This document shows, one piece after another, positions 45,134 to 59,426 of a stretch of 64,000 nucleotides of DNA. The DNA is taken from contig OX597824.1 in assembly GCA_951406725.2 (NCBI GenBank), forward strand, positions 69,750,001 through 69,814,000, in the 5' to 3' direction. A program made the translations under genes and the position numbers. The notes below the pieces were generated by a model. The model saw only the letters and a program-made list of their open reading frames with translations, ran no database searches and was not told the origin of the DNA. Numbering within the stretch: the first letter of the stretch is position 1; every line of letters starts with the position of its first letter. Source of the DNA: Octopus vulgaris. Lineage: Eukaryota.

Positions 45134-45175
<42 letters not shown>

Positions 45176-45403
45176 TGTATGTATAGACAGGAATATCCAT
45201 TGTGTTGAATTCTCCTTGATATATTCTTTATCTTCGATGACAAACACTTACAGACATCCTGATTTGCATATGTCTCCTATCATTTCGTCTCCGATTCTAG
45301 TGAAATTCAATTCTAACAGAAATGGCACATAGAACATATCAACAGATGTATGCGTATGTGTGTGCGTGGGAAAAAAAAGTGAGACATTAAGAGTTAACAA
45401 AAG

Positions 45404-45443
<40 letters not shown>

Positions 45444-45444
45444 C

Positions 45445-46258
45445 TTGTATCCGGGTTCAATCCCACTGCGCGCCACCTTGGGCAAATATCTTCTAATATA
45501 GCCTGGGGCCGACGAAAGCCATGCGAATACATTTGACAGACGGAAACTGAAAGAAGCCAGTCGTATACATACAGCAATTACCAGCTTATATATATATATA
45601 TATATATATATATTCATATGGGTGTGTCTTTGTATCTATGTTTTTCCCACCCCTACCATCGCTTGACAACCGATGCTGGTGTGTTTACGTCCCTGCAACT
45701 TACCGTTTGGACAAGGGAGACCGATAGAATAAGTACTAGGCATACAAAGAATAAGTCCTGGAGTCGAGTCGATTCGCTCGACTAAAGGCGGTGCTCCACC
45801 ATGGCCGCAGTCAAATGATTGAAACAAATAATAGAAGAAAATAAGATAATATAAATTATAGATAGATAGATAGGCGCAGGAGTGGCTGTGTAGTAAGTAG
45901 CTTGCCTACCAACCACATAGTTCTGGGTTCAGTCCCACTGCGTGGCATCTTGGGCAAGTGTCTTTTGCTATAGCCTCGGGCCGACTAATGCCTTGTGAGT
46001 GGATTTGGTAGACGGAAACTGAAAGAAGCCCGTCGTATGTGTATATGTTTGTGTGTCTGTGTTTGTCTCTCTAGCATTGCTTGACAACCGATGCTGGTGT
46101 GTTTACATCCCCGTCACTTAGCGGTTCGGCAAAAGAGACCGATAAAATAAGTACTGGGCTTACAAAGAATAAGTCCCGGGGTCGATTTGCTCGACTAAAG
46201 GCGGTGCTCCAGCATGGCCGCAGTCAAAATGACTGAAACAAGTAAGAGAGTAAAGAGT
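45445..46258 (+). mobile_element. Two tandem SINE A copies (45445-45830 5'-truncated; 45873-46258 full)
   Basis: Matches the family consensus. Confidence 0.9.
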
Positions 46259-46339
<81 letters not shown>

Positions 46340-46909
46340 CAAGTTTTGTTCATGTTCAATACCACGGCATGACGATTTGACGAAGTATTTTTTACCTACA
46401 GCCATGTATTGACAAAAACACAATGGTAAAAGTGAGCAAATAAATAAAATGCTAAAACCCCGTGCCAATGACGAAAATAATCGAAAACTGAAAAAGCCAG
46501 ATATCACCGTGATTTCGAACTTTGAGAGAAACTCGTAGTTCATCTTCAGCGAGTTTTACTGACCCCGGGGTTTTAGAGATTATTCATCTCACCAATGTGT
46601 ACGGTGACCTTTTTTAATGCCACAGCAAATTTAAAAAAAAGGTGATCGAAGCGAATAGAAATGATTTAAATATATGAGGATATCATTTTTTTATGAGAAT
46701 ATCACTGGCTTAGCATAAACAGTAAAAAAAATCAGTTAATAATTAAGGGTTCCAACAAGCAGTGCCAGTATACAAAATGTAGCACAGCCAAAACGACCAA
46801 ACCACAAGTTTTTACTTAAACATTTAATTATTAATTGATAATTTTTTTACCGTTATGAGTTTTTTACGTATGCTAAGCCACTGATATTACTGTAAACAAT
46901 AATAGCGTC

Positions 46910-47452
<543 letters not shown>

Positions 47453-47649
47453 ATATATATATAATATAAGAGGAGGTGTTACATAATCCTTTCGGTTAGC
47501 TTACAGCTGTTTCTACTTTAGAAGCATGTTACTCATGCAACAGAGCCATTTACATGGTGTGTATGTTTAAATACATTGTGTTGATAACATCCAGAACCAT
47601 TAAACTATAATACAATTCGAGTGTGAAAGACTACGCTTAGAAACTAGTT

Positions 47650-47700
<51 letters not shown>

Positions 47701-47703
<3 letters not shown>

Positions 47704-47830
47704 CAAATTTACAGAAAACAAAAGACAAAGACAGGTGAAGGAACACGTAGGTTTAACGCTCTGGAAAAATGGGAATGTTTTTGACCTTTCGGTCCTACGT
47801 TCTTCGACAGAATAGATTAAGAAGAATATA
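47701..47830 (-). mobile_element. Family C copy, degraded
   Basis: Minus strand TTCTGTCGAAGAACGTAGGACCGAAAGGTCAAAA; abuts (TA)n. Confidence 0.55.
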
Positions 47831-48149
47831 TTGGGTATGGTAGATAAGTTCAGCAAAAATTTAGATTCAAATGAAGATGGTACTTAAGTTGAGGCACCAG
47901 AATTTAGTACAATTTCAAAATAAGGTGATTAAGGCGTGTGTGTGGTGAATGTGTGTTTGAAAGTAATATACAAATATCTGGGAATTTATAAATATATTTA
48001 TATATCTAAGATGAGAAAATACTCTGACTCAAAACCGGATGTTCGATAAGTGAAACATTGTATATATTATACCGAAAGCTTTTAAATTAATTCCAGTAAC
48101 ATTAAAATCATCTGGTAATCACAAAGTGCACCTGGGACCTGATGACTAA

Positions 48150-48690
48150 CCTCATAGAAACAAAGCACTAAAATGTGGAAAGGCCACTTGGAAATGTGAA
48201 ATCCGGCCCGAAATATTAATAGCCTTAAATAAAGAAGGTATTTTCTCATGTATGCTAAGAGACTGGGACCATTGCAACGATACCAAAGCAATGGCAATTT
48301 GGAGTGATAAACCCCATTTTTTAAATGTGAGACAAGAGGAAGTACTCTAATTATAGAATAATCTCTTTGTAAAGGCTTCGGTAGATGTCTGGAAAGAATA
48401 TCTAGGGAAGTCGTAGAACTCAAGCTAGCTGAAGTACAGTGGGACTTCCGTCCTAGATACAGCACAACCGACCAGATATTCAGCCATGTTTTCGAGAAAC
48501 CGCACGAATATTGCTTTGTAGACCTCGAAATGGCATATGACTAAGTGCCGTATGACATGCAATGGAACATTTAGCCGGAGTTTGAGATTAACTGATAACT
48601 TCTGGTTGCCTTGAAGTCTCTATGCGGCTGCCCAGATATTTGTGTTCGTGTAAATGGGGTGAAATCGAAATCTTTCAATGTGTTTATTAT
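48150..48690 (+). mobile_element. RTE-clade LINE RT fragment (degraded)
   Basis: Pieces translate to DKRKYSNYR, QWDFRPRYSTTDQIF, CFVDLEMAYD*VP, CVRVNGVKSKSFNV. Confidence 0.8.
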
Positions 48691-50413
48691 CGATCACAAG
48701 AATTGTTAGAGCGTTAGACGAACAATTTCCCTAATCCAGCGTGTATCATAATTCTTCTCAATTTTGACACTGGGCCATCAATTTGAGAGGAGGGGGAAAG
48801 TCGATTATATCGATCACGATATTTGACTGTTAATTAACTCTAGTGACCTCGAAAAGATGAAAGGTAAAGTTGACTGAAGCGGAATTTGACCTCAGCACGT
48901 AAAGAGCCGCAAGAAATGCCTCTAAGCATTTTGTTCGACGCACTAAGGATTCTGTCAGCTCGCCTCATTTTCAGCCCTCTCCAAAATTCCAGGTTTTGTG
49001 TCCTATCTAAGAGACAATTATTTACAATATTTGTTACCCTTCTCCTCCATATTTCATCCTACCCCTTCACCTCCTTTTCCACCTCCGACGATGATATCAA
49101 TGGAAGATTGCCTTTGTTATTGTAAAAACCCAAACGTAGTACTATTTGTTTGGTATATATTTAAAAAGAAAAAAAAAACTAAATAATAATCTAGCAACCA
49201 TTGCTACCATATGAGTGGCAACTAAGATTTCTGTTCAGCAGAAAATTTCTGTTTAATATTTTTCCAGCTCCCTCCATGAAATATAACCTCTAGGAAACCC
49301 TGTGATTTTCGGAGTCATCATGGGTTGCTGGTTTATAAAGACCTCCTATTTTACTACTTACAAACTGTACAAATTGTCCTGTAAATGTGTCGTGACAGGC
49401 CAATGGTCAACGTCAGTAATAACTATGTTCATGGACACTGCGTTCCTTTTTTTTCCATGTACTTTGATACCAGCATTTGAGCCGTGGTTTATTGCATCAG
49501 CTTCATCTGTTTCCTAGACTCAACCTTTCCTTAAAGTTCAAGTATCTGTTTCTATAAACCTTTCTCTGGTAGAAGTTGTACACTTCCTAACCTCAACCTT
49601 GTCTTAGGGTTCAAGTACACGCTTCTATATACCTTGCCCGGATCGAAGGTGCATAACATATGTCACACGTAAGGAGGATCTCATGAAAACCATTTCTTCG
49701 ATGAACTAATCAAATTCTCGCTATTACTCGTAATACACAAAATATATTACTATCCTGGCCTTCATTTCTAATATAAACTCATCTAGCACAGACGTTGCTT
49801 TTCTCGATACACCTCTTCTATTCTTTCTTCCGTTTCCTGAAACTTTATTGTATAGATGAGACCCTTAAACTATCAATGCTTATAAAATAATTGAATGTCC
49901 TTATCCCTGTTTCCAGTCTTCTTTTTATAAATTTTTATAAATTTTAAAATTGAAATTGATGTGAATTTTTTTTCTTTTCCATTCTTCTATTTTCTATTTT
50001 CAAATTATAAGTGGTCTTCCTTGAAACTAGCACTGTTCAGTTTTCCCATTGACAGCCTGTATTGTATTGTATTGTATTGTATTGTATTGTTGAAGTTGTT
50101 TATTTAAGTACGTATACTAACTTCCAGATAATTGAGAGTGTTAATTACTTATGTTACTGAGGTCATTACACTAGAAACCCTAGGAGTTATCACTTCTTTC
50201 TCTTCCTTCTGAGGCCAAATTTAACCTTGTACAACAATATATTTGCCACCCAGAAATATATTCCTATTTAAAAAGTTTTAAAAGTTTTGTATGGAGACGA
50301 ACACCAGTGTCCCATGCAATAAGGTTAAAAATTGTTAAGAAATACATAGCTCTTCTCTTAACAGGAAACCAATGGTAGCCTGATTAAATCACTGATATAT
50401 ATATATATATATA

Positions 50414-50464
<51 letters not shown>

Positions 50465-50521
50465 ATACATACATATATGTGTGTGTGTCTATATATATAT
50501 ATATGCATGTATGTATATGTA

Positions 50522-50610
<89 letters not shown>

Positions 50611-50612
<2 letters not shown>

Positions 50613-50838
50613 TTTATTTAAAGCAGCAGAAAATTCAACAAAATCTGTTACTCTGAGTTTCTCGTTGCCGTTCATTAGACAGTTTTTTCTAGCAAAAACT
50701 GTCTGATGAACGGCAACGAGAAACTCAGAGTAACAGATTTTGTTGAATTTTCTGCTGCTTTAAATAAAGCATATTACTCTACCACTGGTATTTGAGTACT
50801 CTTTTTTCCACCTTGTTTCACATTTATGTGCTTACTCC

Positions 50839-50839
<1 letters not shown>
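50611..50839 (+). mobile_element. Penelope-like remnant with an inverted terminal duplication, inserted in (TA)n
   Basis: 76-bp inverted arms (50612-50687, 50694-50769) with one mismatch, (TA)n on both sides, and a hammerhead core. Inverted pLTRs and hammerheads are known features of Penelope-like elements. Confidence 0.7.
50690..50745 (+). ncRNA. Type I hammerhead ribozyme motif
   Basis: Stem I CAAAA-A-CUGU / ACAG-A-UUUUG; CUGAUGA at 50703-50709; stem II A-CG-GCAA-CG-A; GAAA at 50720-50723; stem III ACUCAGAGU; predicted GUA cleavage after 50732. Confidence 0.75.
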
Positions 50840-50905
<66 letters not shown>

Positions 50906-51113
50906 TATATATAATGGATAATAAAACGAATGGTTTCCACCTGGTAACATACTGGTAAACCACGGTCACTTTCAAAGTGATCGTTAGGTAAATAACAAAT
51001 GAAAGACAGATGGAATATACAAGAATATATTATCACTCACAACAATTGTCGAAACAATTGTTGTTGTGATTAATAATATATTCTCGTGTATTCCATCTTC
51101 TGTCTTTCATTTG

Positions 51114-51256
<143 letters not shown>

Positions 51257-51303
51257 TAGATATAGATATACATATAGATATAGATATAGATACATACATA
51301 CAC

Positions 51304-51348
<45 letters not shown>

Positions 51349-51349
51349 T

Positions 51350-51383
<34 letters not shown>

Positions 51384-51897
51384 CAATTAATAGCATCAGA
51401 TAAAGTTTCAGATAATCGCGTATCCATTACAGACATTCGGCTAACAGTCCCTTTAGTAATTCAATAGAGAGAAGTGCAATGCAGGGTGTCTGTGCAGATG
51501 AAATCCAGGGCATATGATCGATGAACATTATCTCATGAGGAGAATATACACCATAAATGTCAGGAGGTATGCGACACCCTTAGGGTTACGGCCGTTTCGC
51601 ATCATTCTTCATATATACAAACATACACACATACATACATGCATACATACATGCATGCATACAAAAGTACTATGTACGTACTTGCGTACATACATGCATT
51701 CATACGTAAGTACGTAAGTACTTCGTACATGCATACATACATACATACATACATACATACATGCATGCATACATACATACATACATACATACATACATGC
51801 ATGCATACATGCATACATGCATACATACATACATGCATACATGCATACATACATACATACATACATACATACATACATACATACATACATACATACA

Positions 51898-52560
51898 CAC
51901 GTGAGGTACCCAAACAAAACCAGAATTTTGCAATATTATTTTGTTCACTTAAATTTACATGTTTACACTTTTATCACTTTCAAAGTATTCTCCATTTGAA
52001 GCAATGCTTTGGCCCAGGCGCGTTTTCCACCATTGGAAGCAGTTCTGGAACTCTTGCGAAGAGTTGCCTTTTAATGCCTCCGTCGTTTTTCCTTTCACCC
52101 CTTCCACATCCGCAAATTCCATAGCACCGGCGGCTTTCGTCACCAGTGATGACCTTCGAAAAAAGGTCCGGATCAAATTCCAACTATTCTTTCAGCTCAC
52201 GACACACATTCAGTCATGACTGGTTTTGATCTTCTGTGAGCAAGCAAGGCACAAGTTTTGGTGCAACTCTTTTCATTCTTAATTTCTCGCTCAAAATTCA
52301 TTGGCAAGACCACCAAGACGCACAGTCATATCAACAAGTTCGTCAATTGTTCGGTGATGGTCCTCCAAGATCAGTTCATGAATTTTCATGATGTTTTCAT
52401 TCCTTCGGAAGTTCAACGGTCGTCCTGAATGAGGTTGGTCTTCAAGCAACAAGTGACAATTCCTAAAGCAAGGAAACCACTCGTAAACTTGTGTTTTGCT
52501 CATGGCAGCATCCTTGTGAGCTGTTTGAAGCATGACAGCTCTTTCGACAACCATCATCAC
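51898..52560 (-). mobile_element. Mariner transposon remnant, internally deleted
   Basis: AMSKTQVYEWF...EDQPHSGRP, FSKVITGDES, FQNCFQWWKTRLGQSIASNGEYFE. Confidence 0.9.
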
Positions 52561-53130
52561 TCCAATTTTTACATGAATTGCTACCCAAGCATCGCTCCCT
52601 TTTTCTTCAACTTTCCACCTCCCTCAAGGGGGAAATACCGCCCACTTTGGGAACCACTGGTTTAGAGAATAAGTCGATGTCAGTAAAGACAGAGAAGCTG
52701 CATCACTGACAGAAGTTGTACATTGATATACACATTCACTTAATTTGGTTCTCTCTCAATCAACTCCAAGAGTTCGCGAATGTCGAAGTTTCTTCCAAAC
52801 TTTAAAAAGAATCTCGACGGTTTTCTCAAAGCCGATGACTTGAATAGCTCCTACTGGATGAAGTCATAGGAAGGTGATTTCCAAAGTTATATGTATGTTT
52901 CTCGTGTCTTACTAACTACTTCAAAACGGTGCTTTGTAGTGGAGAGGAAATTATTTTCAGTTTCAGACTCCTCATATCTCAAAGCATATATAATACTACA
53001 CTTTTCACGGAGAGCGGGGGAGGATGGATCACACGGAAATCCACCCCACAACCTCTGTGGGGTTGGGACTGCATGCCCTAGTTTCCTAGTCACCCTTCGC
53101 CACTGATATATATATATATATATATATAAT

Positions 53131-53203
<73 letters not shown>

Positions 53204-53789
53204 AACAAACAAGGTACTCAGAAATCTGGATGGTTTTATATTTACAGATATTTACTAATATGTCACATGTTTTCATAAATCATATATTATAGCTTGCGTC
53301 CACCCTAGTGGAGTCTTCAGATTGAATTTTTTAAAGAGATTTGTCTCTTTTTATAGTATTATTGAGTGTGTAGGAGTGGAGATATCTATAAGATAGTACG
53401 AGAGGGTGAGGAATGGGGAGAAAGTGAGTGTGTGTGTGTGTGTGTGTGCTTTTGTATCTGAAAGGAGTGTCAATGGAAAAGAGAAGGAAAGAAAGAAGGA
53501 AGAGAGAAAGAAGAAAAAAATGTGTTGACATCTTTGCAGCTGGTCAGTTCTTTTAATAGAAAGTGATTCTTGGCTTTTAGAAATGGCAAACTGAGGTGGC
53601 CACTCCAAGGGGGAAAAAAATTATTTTTCAAAAAATTGTCTGGATTTCTTTTTATCATTGTCTTGCGGGAGAGTGTGTATATGTGTGTGTATGTGCGCAT
53701 GTGTGTGTGTGGGTGTCCGTGTATCTGAAAGGAATGTCAATGGAAAAGAAAACGAAAGAAAGAAGGGAGGAAGAAAAAAAACATGTGTT

Positions 53790-53968
53790 GCAACACATTT
53801 ATTGGACAACTGCTTATGACGTAGGTGACATCTTCGGTATTAACTCCGCAGAGTCTGCATTGGTTGTCATATTTTACTGCTTTTCCTGCATCTCTATCCC
53901 TTTTGTGCACCAGATAGTGAGTTGATATTTCCCGTTCCTGGATTGCAAACGCATACTCTTCAAAGTGG
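53790..53968 (-). mobile_element. R4/Dong-like LINE fragment, same family as 58902-61680
   Basis: HFEEYAFAIQEREIST...QCRLCGVNTEDVTYVISSCP. Confidence 0.9.
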
Positions 53969-54292
53969 TAACAATGTCCACAAATACGCATACATACAAT
54001 GGTAACAATGTCCACAAATACGCATACATACATATATATGTGCATACACATGACACTGACGCACACATGCGCACAAACAAACAAACAAACACAAAGAACA
54101 CAGCTCCGATAATGGACAGACTCCACAACCATTGAAGAGGTTGCAAGAAGCAACGAAAATTTTAGGAAAGAAAAGTGATAAATGAGTGGAAATTAAACCC
54201 GTGAGTGTGTTAATTAATAAGGCATTAAAACGGAATGACTCACCCCAGACACAATAATACATAGATATACATACATATATATATATATATAC

Positions 54293-54351
<59 letters not shown>

Positions 54352-55048
54352 TATATATATGTGTGTGTGTGTGTGTATACGTATGTATGTATATTTGTAC
54401 GTAAATATGAGTGTATGTGCGTATAATTATACACACCCATGCGATTCCTATACATTAATAGATGGCTGCAACAGTTGACATGTTTACGCCAATGCGTCAG
54501 TAACTTACGCAAATATACACAGATGCACACATACGTAAACGCACACACACACACACATACGCACACACTCCACTTACACCCCCACCCCACCCCCACACTC
54601 CTCGTCGCACTCCCCCTACACTCCCCCACTCCCCCACCACACGTGTGTGTCTGTATGCTCAGAACACATGATACAAAGACAATAAACTTCCTATTAGAAA
54701 TATTTTAAGAATGATGGGAACGACTACATTTCGTACATCTTTCCTTACCTCTTTATAGAACATGGAAATTTGAAGTTGATTGTTTGAAGTGGAGTTGGAT
54801 GGATATAGCTGTAAGTACGTATATATATGTGTGTGTGTGTATACGCGTGTGTGTATATGTGTGTGAATGTATGTATGCGTGTGTCTGTATGTGTGTGTGT
54901 GTGTATATGTGAGCGCATGAGTTTGTGTATGTGTGTGTGTGTGTATGTGAGTGTATGTGCATGTGAGTGTGTAATCTTATATTTTCTATATTAACAGATG
55001 ACCTCGAAAAATTTAGTTCCATGCACAAACATCTAAATACACACACGT

Positions 55049-55114
<66 letters not shown>

Positions 55115-55149
55115 TTAGTCTAAACATCAACAAGCAAAAACAAACAACA

Positions 55150-56125
55150 ACGTGAGGACGTGGGAAGTACAGTGTTTTTGGACCCTCAGGAAAAGGAAGA
55201 AAAGTAGTAGCAATCTCTTTTGAATAATGGACAGAATTTGGCATTGTGGATTTATCAAAGACCTGCAGAAAAGGGTTTTTAACCCCCAAAAGTATTCATG
55301 CTGATATGGTTGCTGCATTAGGGGAGGGCACTCTATCTCTTTCAATAGTACAAAAGTGGGCAACTAAATTTAAGAGGGCAAGGGAGAATTTTCAACATGA
55401 CCCCGCGGAAAATATTTATTGTGTTCGCAACGTGGTGATGGGTGACTGGTGATTGACGATAAATCAAATAACCAATGCGATTAACATATCTCGTGAGAAT
55501 GTTGAGAACGTTCTGCACAATGAACTTGACATGACGAAGGTTTTTCTACTCAGTGGATACCATGTCTTCGGACACCTGATCAAAAGCGCACCAGGCTCTA
55601 ATATTTTTTCAGACATATCCAACTAGTTTCGTTGAACATTTCGTAACCTATGTTGAATGCTGGGTTCATCACTTTGAGCCAGAGACAAAGCGACAGTCCA
55701 TGCTGCTGAAACACCCCTCTTCACCGGCTCCAAAAAAGGCTAACGTCGTTTCATCTGCAGAGTAGGTGACGATCTAAGTGTTTTGAGAATCAAAAGACAT
55801 TATGTTTACTAACTACCTTCAAAGGGCTATACCATCAGTGGAGACGACTATGACAACTTGCTGACGCAGTTACGAAAGGCTATCAAAACCAAACGGCTAG
55901 GAAAACGGACAAAAGGAGTCTTCTTCCATTAGGACAATGCTCCAGTACACAAGATCTTGGCTTCAATGATTGTTGTGTGTAACTGTGAATTTGAGCTGGT
56001 TGAGTACCCTACCTATTTTCCTGATTTGGCCCAATTTGTCTATCATCTATTCCCCAACATGAAAGACCAATTGGCTAGGAAGCAGTATTGCAGTGATGAC
56101 GTCGAATCTGCTGTTGATGATTTGT
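55150..56125 (+). mobile_element. Mariner transposon (irritans/Hsmar2-like), pseudogenised, 3' end truncated at the RTE
   Basis: TPKSIHADMVAALGE...VQKWATKFKR, WVHHFEPETKRQS, DNAPVH, YFPDLA. Confidence 0.92.
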
Positions 56126-56129
56126 TTTT

Positions 56130-57590
56130 CATTAGTCCTATCTTTCTTTGGAGTGATGTTTTTATCCTTTTGAGAGACTGCAGTAAGGGCTTTTTAGCCT
56201 CATCTGGGGCACCGAGGTATTTTGGTGCAACTTATTTCTATCTCCAAGAAGTTTATTGATCTGTAAATCGTTTTCATCATACCAGTCCCGATGTTTTCTG
56301 TTTCTGAGACCAAGAACCTCTACTCCAACATTATAAATAGTGATCTTAAACTGAACCCAAGTCCCATCAAATTCCGCTTCTCCAATAGCATTTCTAAGAT
56401 TCGCTTGCACCCCAGAGTCCCATAATTTCAACACATCAATACTTTTATTCCTCCAGATCTTATTCTACGTATGATGCGGAGTTTCAATTTACCACGTATG
56501 AGCATATGGTCAGTCCCACATTCTGCACCTCACATGACTCGAACAGTGCAAACATCTGGAAGGTTTCGTTTCCTGGTGATAAGGTAATCAAGAATATGCC
56601 CATGTTTGGATCTTGGGTGCGTCCAGGTAGTTTTATGGATAGCCTTCTGATGAAAAGCAGCGTTGCAGATGATGAGATCAAGTACAGTGCAGAGCTGAAG
56701 AAGACGGAGACAATTAGCGTTCATTTTACCCAAATCATGTCTCCATAGTGCATCTCAGGTCTCATAATTGCATCCAAAACGGGCGTTGAACTCGCCAAGA
56801 TGGAGGATCTTAGCTGCATTTTGATTTGAAATCATAACCGATCTGAGATCTTCACGGAAAGCCATAATAGATTCAGTGCTGCTATCAAGAGTAGGAGCAT
56901 AAACAGAGATAACAGTCATAAAACGATTGCATGATAAAGGAGCTCGAAGATACATAATCCTATCACTGAAACCATTAAGTTGTTCTATTTTGTGGGTTAA
57001 CTCGGTACGAATGGCAAAGCCAACACACCTACATGTTATTCACCCATTGGTTTACCCTTCCAAAAGAAAGTGTATCCAGCACATGTGTCAGTCAACTGAT
57101 CTTCATCACTCAACCGAGTTTCAGAGAGTGCAGCAAGCTCAACGTTATACCGTGCCAACTCGTTGGCTATTATGCCAGTTCGCTGTTCAGAGTTACTTGA
57201 CCCTTCATGATCAAGAAGTGACCTGACATTCCATACACCTACCCATAATCTATATTTCTTGCTTGCATGTTTTCTCTTTGTATTCCTCCTGCTGTAGTGA
57301 ACAGCTGTCAGTTGAAGGTTGCTGACCAGCTTGATGGTAGAACTGGTATTTGTTTGGGTCACCTTTTCTAGACCTTTCCCAGATTTCTGGGTGAGCAGTG
57401 CTACTCTAGAGAGGGCTGCTCAGACGCTCTCAACCGCGCCGAAGCATGCTGCTGTTCTTTAACAATGCAGCGACCTTAGATGGGCCCCGAGCCGCTCACG
57501 TACAGATTCGTGACTATGCGCTCCCAGGCCGTTAAGCCCACACATGTCGCCACTATGCCATCGCCGTGGGACTCGAAGAGATATCTGTAC
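56130..57590 (-). mobile_element. RTE (BovB-like) LINE 5' part: 5'UTR plus AP-endonuclease domain
   Basis: WNVRSL...AALSETRL...GYTFFWKG; TVISVYAPT...GEFNAR; TTWTHPRSKHGHILDY; KHRDWYDEND. Confidence 0.95.
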
Positions 57591-58106
57591 ATTTAAATAT
57601 CAATGACACACGCTTGTGCCACACGTATAGCACCCACTCCTCCTCCAAAATCTGATATCTAGTGACAAACCAAGGCAAGATGACTGCATGATTATGGAGG
57701 TCGCATGTTTTATTATCCAAGAGTTTAAACTACCCAGTGGTTTTATATCAGAGTCCTTCTCCCAGTTTTTGCCCAACCAAAGGCTAACTGCAAGACAGCA
57801 ATGAAGGATTCGAATTCGAAGTTAATTTTTCCTAGACAGATTGCCTTCCCCACGGTCTTATTAAACCTAGGAGCTCCATCTACCCCTTTAACTACATCCA
57901 CAAATACATACAAATCAAATAAAATAAAAGTAGAAATACAAATATATATATATATAAACACGTGCACGCAATATACACATTTGAATATGGCTAACCCATA
58001 AGGGTGGATGCTACTGTAGTTTGTAGCTAACCCATATTCAAATGGCATATATGCATCACGATGTGTTACCGCTACTGTTTATAACTCGCTCTGAGATTTA
58101 TCATTG

Positions 58107-58184
<78 letters not shown>

Positions 58185-58564
58185 ACGTGCACGCAATATA
58201 CACATATATTGAAGAATTAAAAATGTAAATAGATATATATAAATATATATACACACACACGCCCAACACTCACCCACAGTTCACAAAAAAAAACACGCAC
58301 CTAGCACACACATCCACAATTCAGCCCACTATATACGTACATATAGTAATTGGGTGGCCGTTGATTCTTAAGAGTTCTTCTGCCCTTTTCCAGGTCTTGT
58401 TTTTAGTCCTGCAGGGGGCCCAGTACACACTCTCCTCACCAAGTGAAATTCGTGGGGGGAGCCGGTTTAGTCGCCGACGCCCGACCATGCGACATGTAGT
58501 ACTGGGTTACATGGTACCGGTAGTGTAAACGACTTGACATAACAGACATACATACATACATACA

Positions 58565-58744
58565 GGAGAATGCAAATCCCTAATTCGTATGCTACAAACG
58601 ATCACACTTTCTGGGACTGCAGCACTCTGCAAGACCTTCTTAAGATTTAAAGGATGATAGCTAAATCATATGTTCCTTCACAACCTTGCCACCAGATATG
58701 TGGCCGGTCGAAATTTACTCTAAATGAAAAAGAGAAAGAGAAGA
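58565..58744 (+). mobile_element. 5'-truncated R4/Dong-like LINE (ORF end plus 3'UTR) between (CATA)n tracts
   Basis: ECKSLIRMLQTITLSGTAALCKTFLRFKG* aligns with RRKLIRRLQIQAITGTVTICKTFQKFII* at 60955-61040. Confidence 0.75.
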
Positions 58745-58870
58745 CATACATACATACATACATACATACATACATACATACATACATACATACATACATA
58801 CATACATACATACATACATACATACATACATACATACATACATACATACATACATACATACATACATACA

Positions 58871-58902
<32 letters not shown>

Positions 58903-59426
58903 CCTTCAACTAGCTAAAGTTCCAGTGAACATAATGAAAGTCTTGGCTGACCTAACTTCATCGTGAGCCGCCATCTTGAAGTTAAATACAAGGTATGATT
59001 ATATTATCACTGATAGAGTACAGTATTGCAGAGCTATATTCTAAGGGGACAGCCTCTTTGTAAAGCCCTTGTCATCCAGTTAAAAGGAAGTCTGAAGGAT
59101 ATCTCACTGGTTCAAAAGGCAATAGAAATATCAAAATTACACAGTTTCTTTGTGGATGACTTGAAACTATAAGCAAAGAGTATGTATGCATGAGATGAAA
59201 AAGAGCCTTGATCTGGTTACAACATTCTCATAGGACATAGGGTTGGAATTTGGTCAGGATAAATGTTACTATATGTTTGTGAAAAGAGGAAAACTGTAAA
59301 ACAGACTCAATGACTTAATTGTTTCCCCTGTATTTGACGAGATTTGTCACAGTTACCTTAGGGTGCATGAAAACATATCTTACGATGGCACTTTTAACAA
59401 AGGTCAAGTGTCACTAAAGAATATTA

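Noticed and set aside
47488-47535. Minus-strand GAAACAGCTGTA, resembling the 3' half of a hammerhead
   Set aside because: No CUGANGA upstream, so it is too decayed to call.
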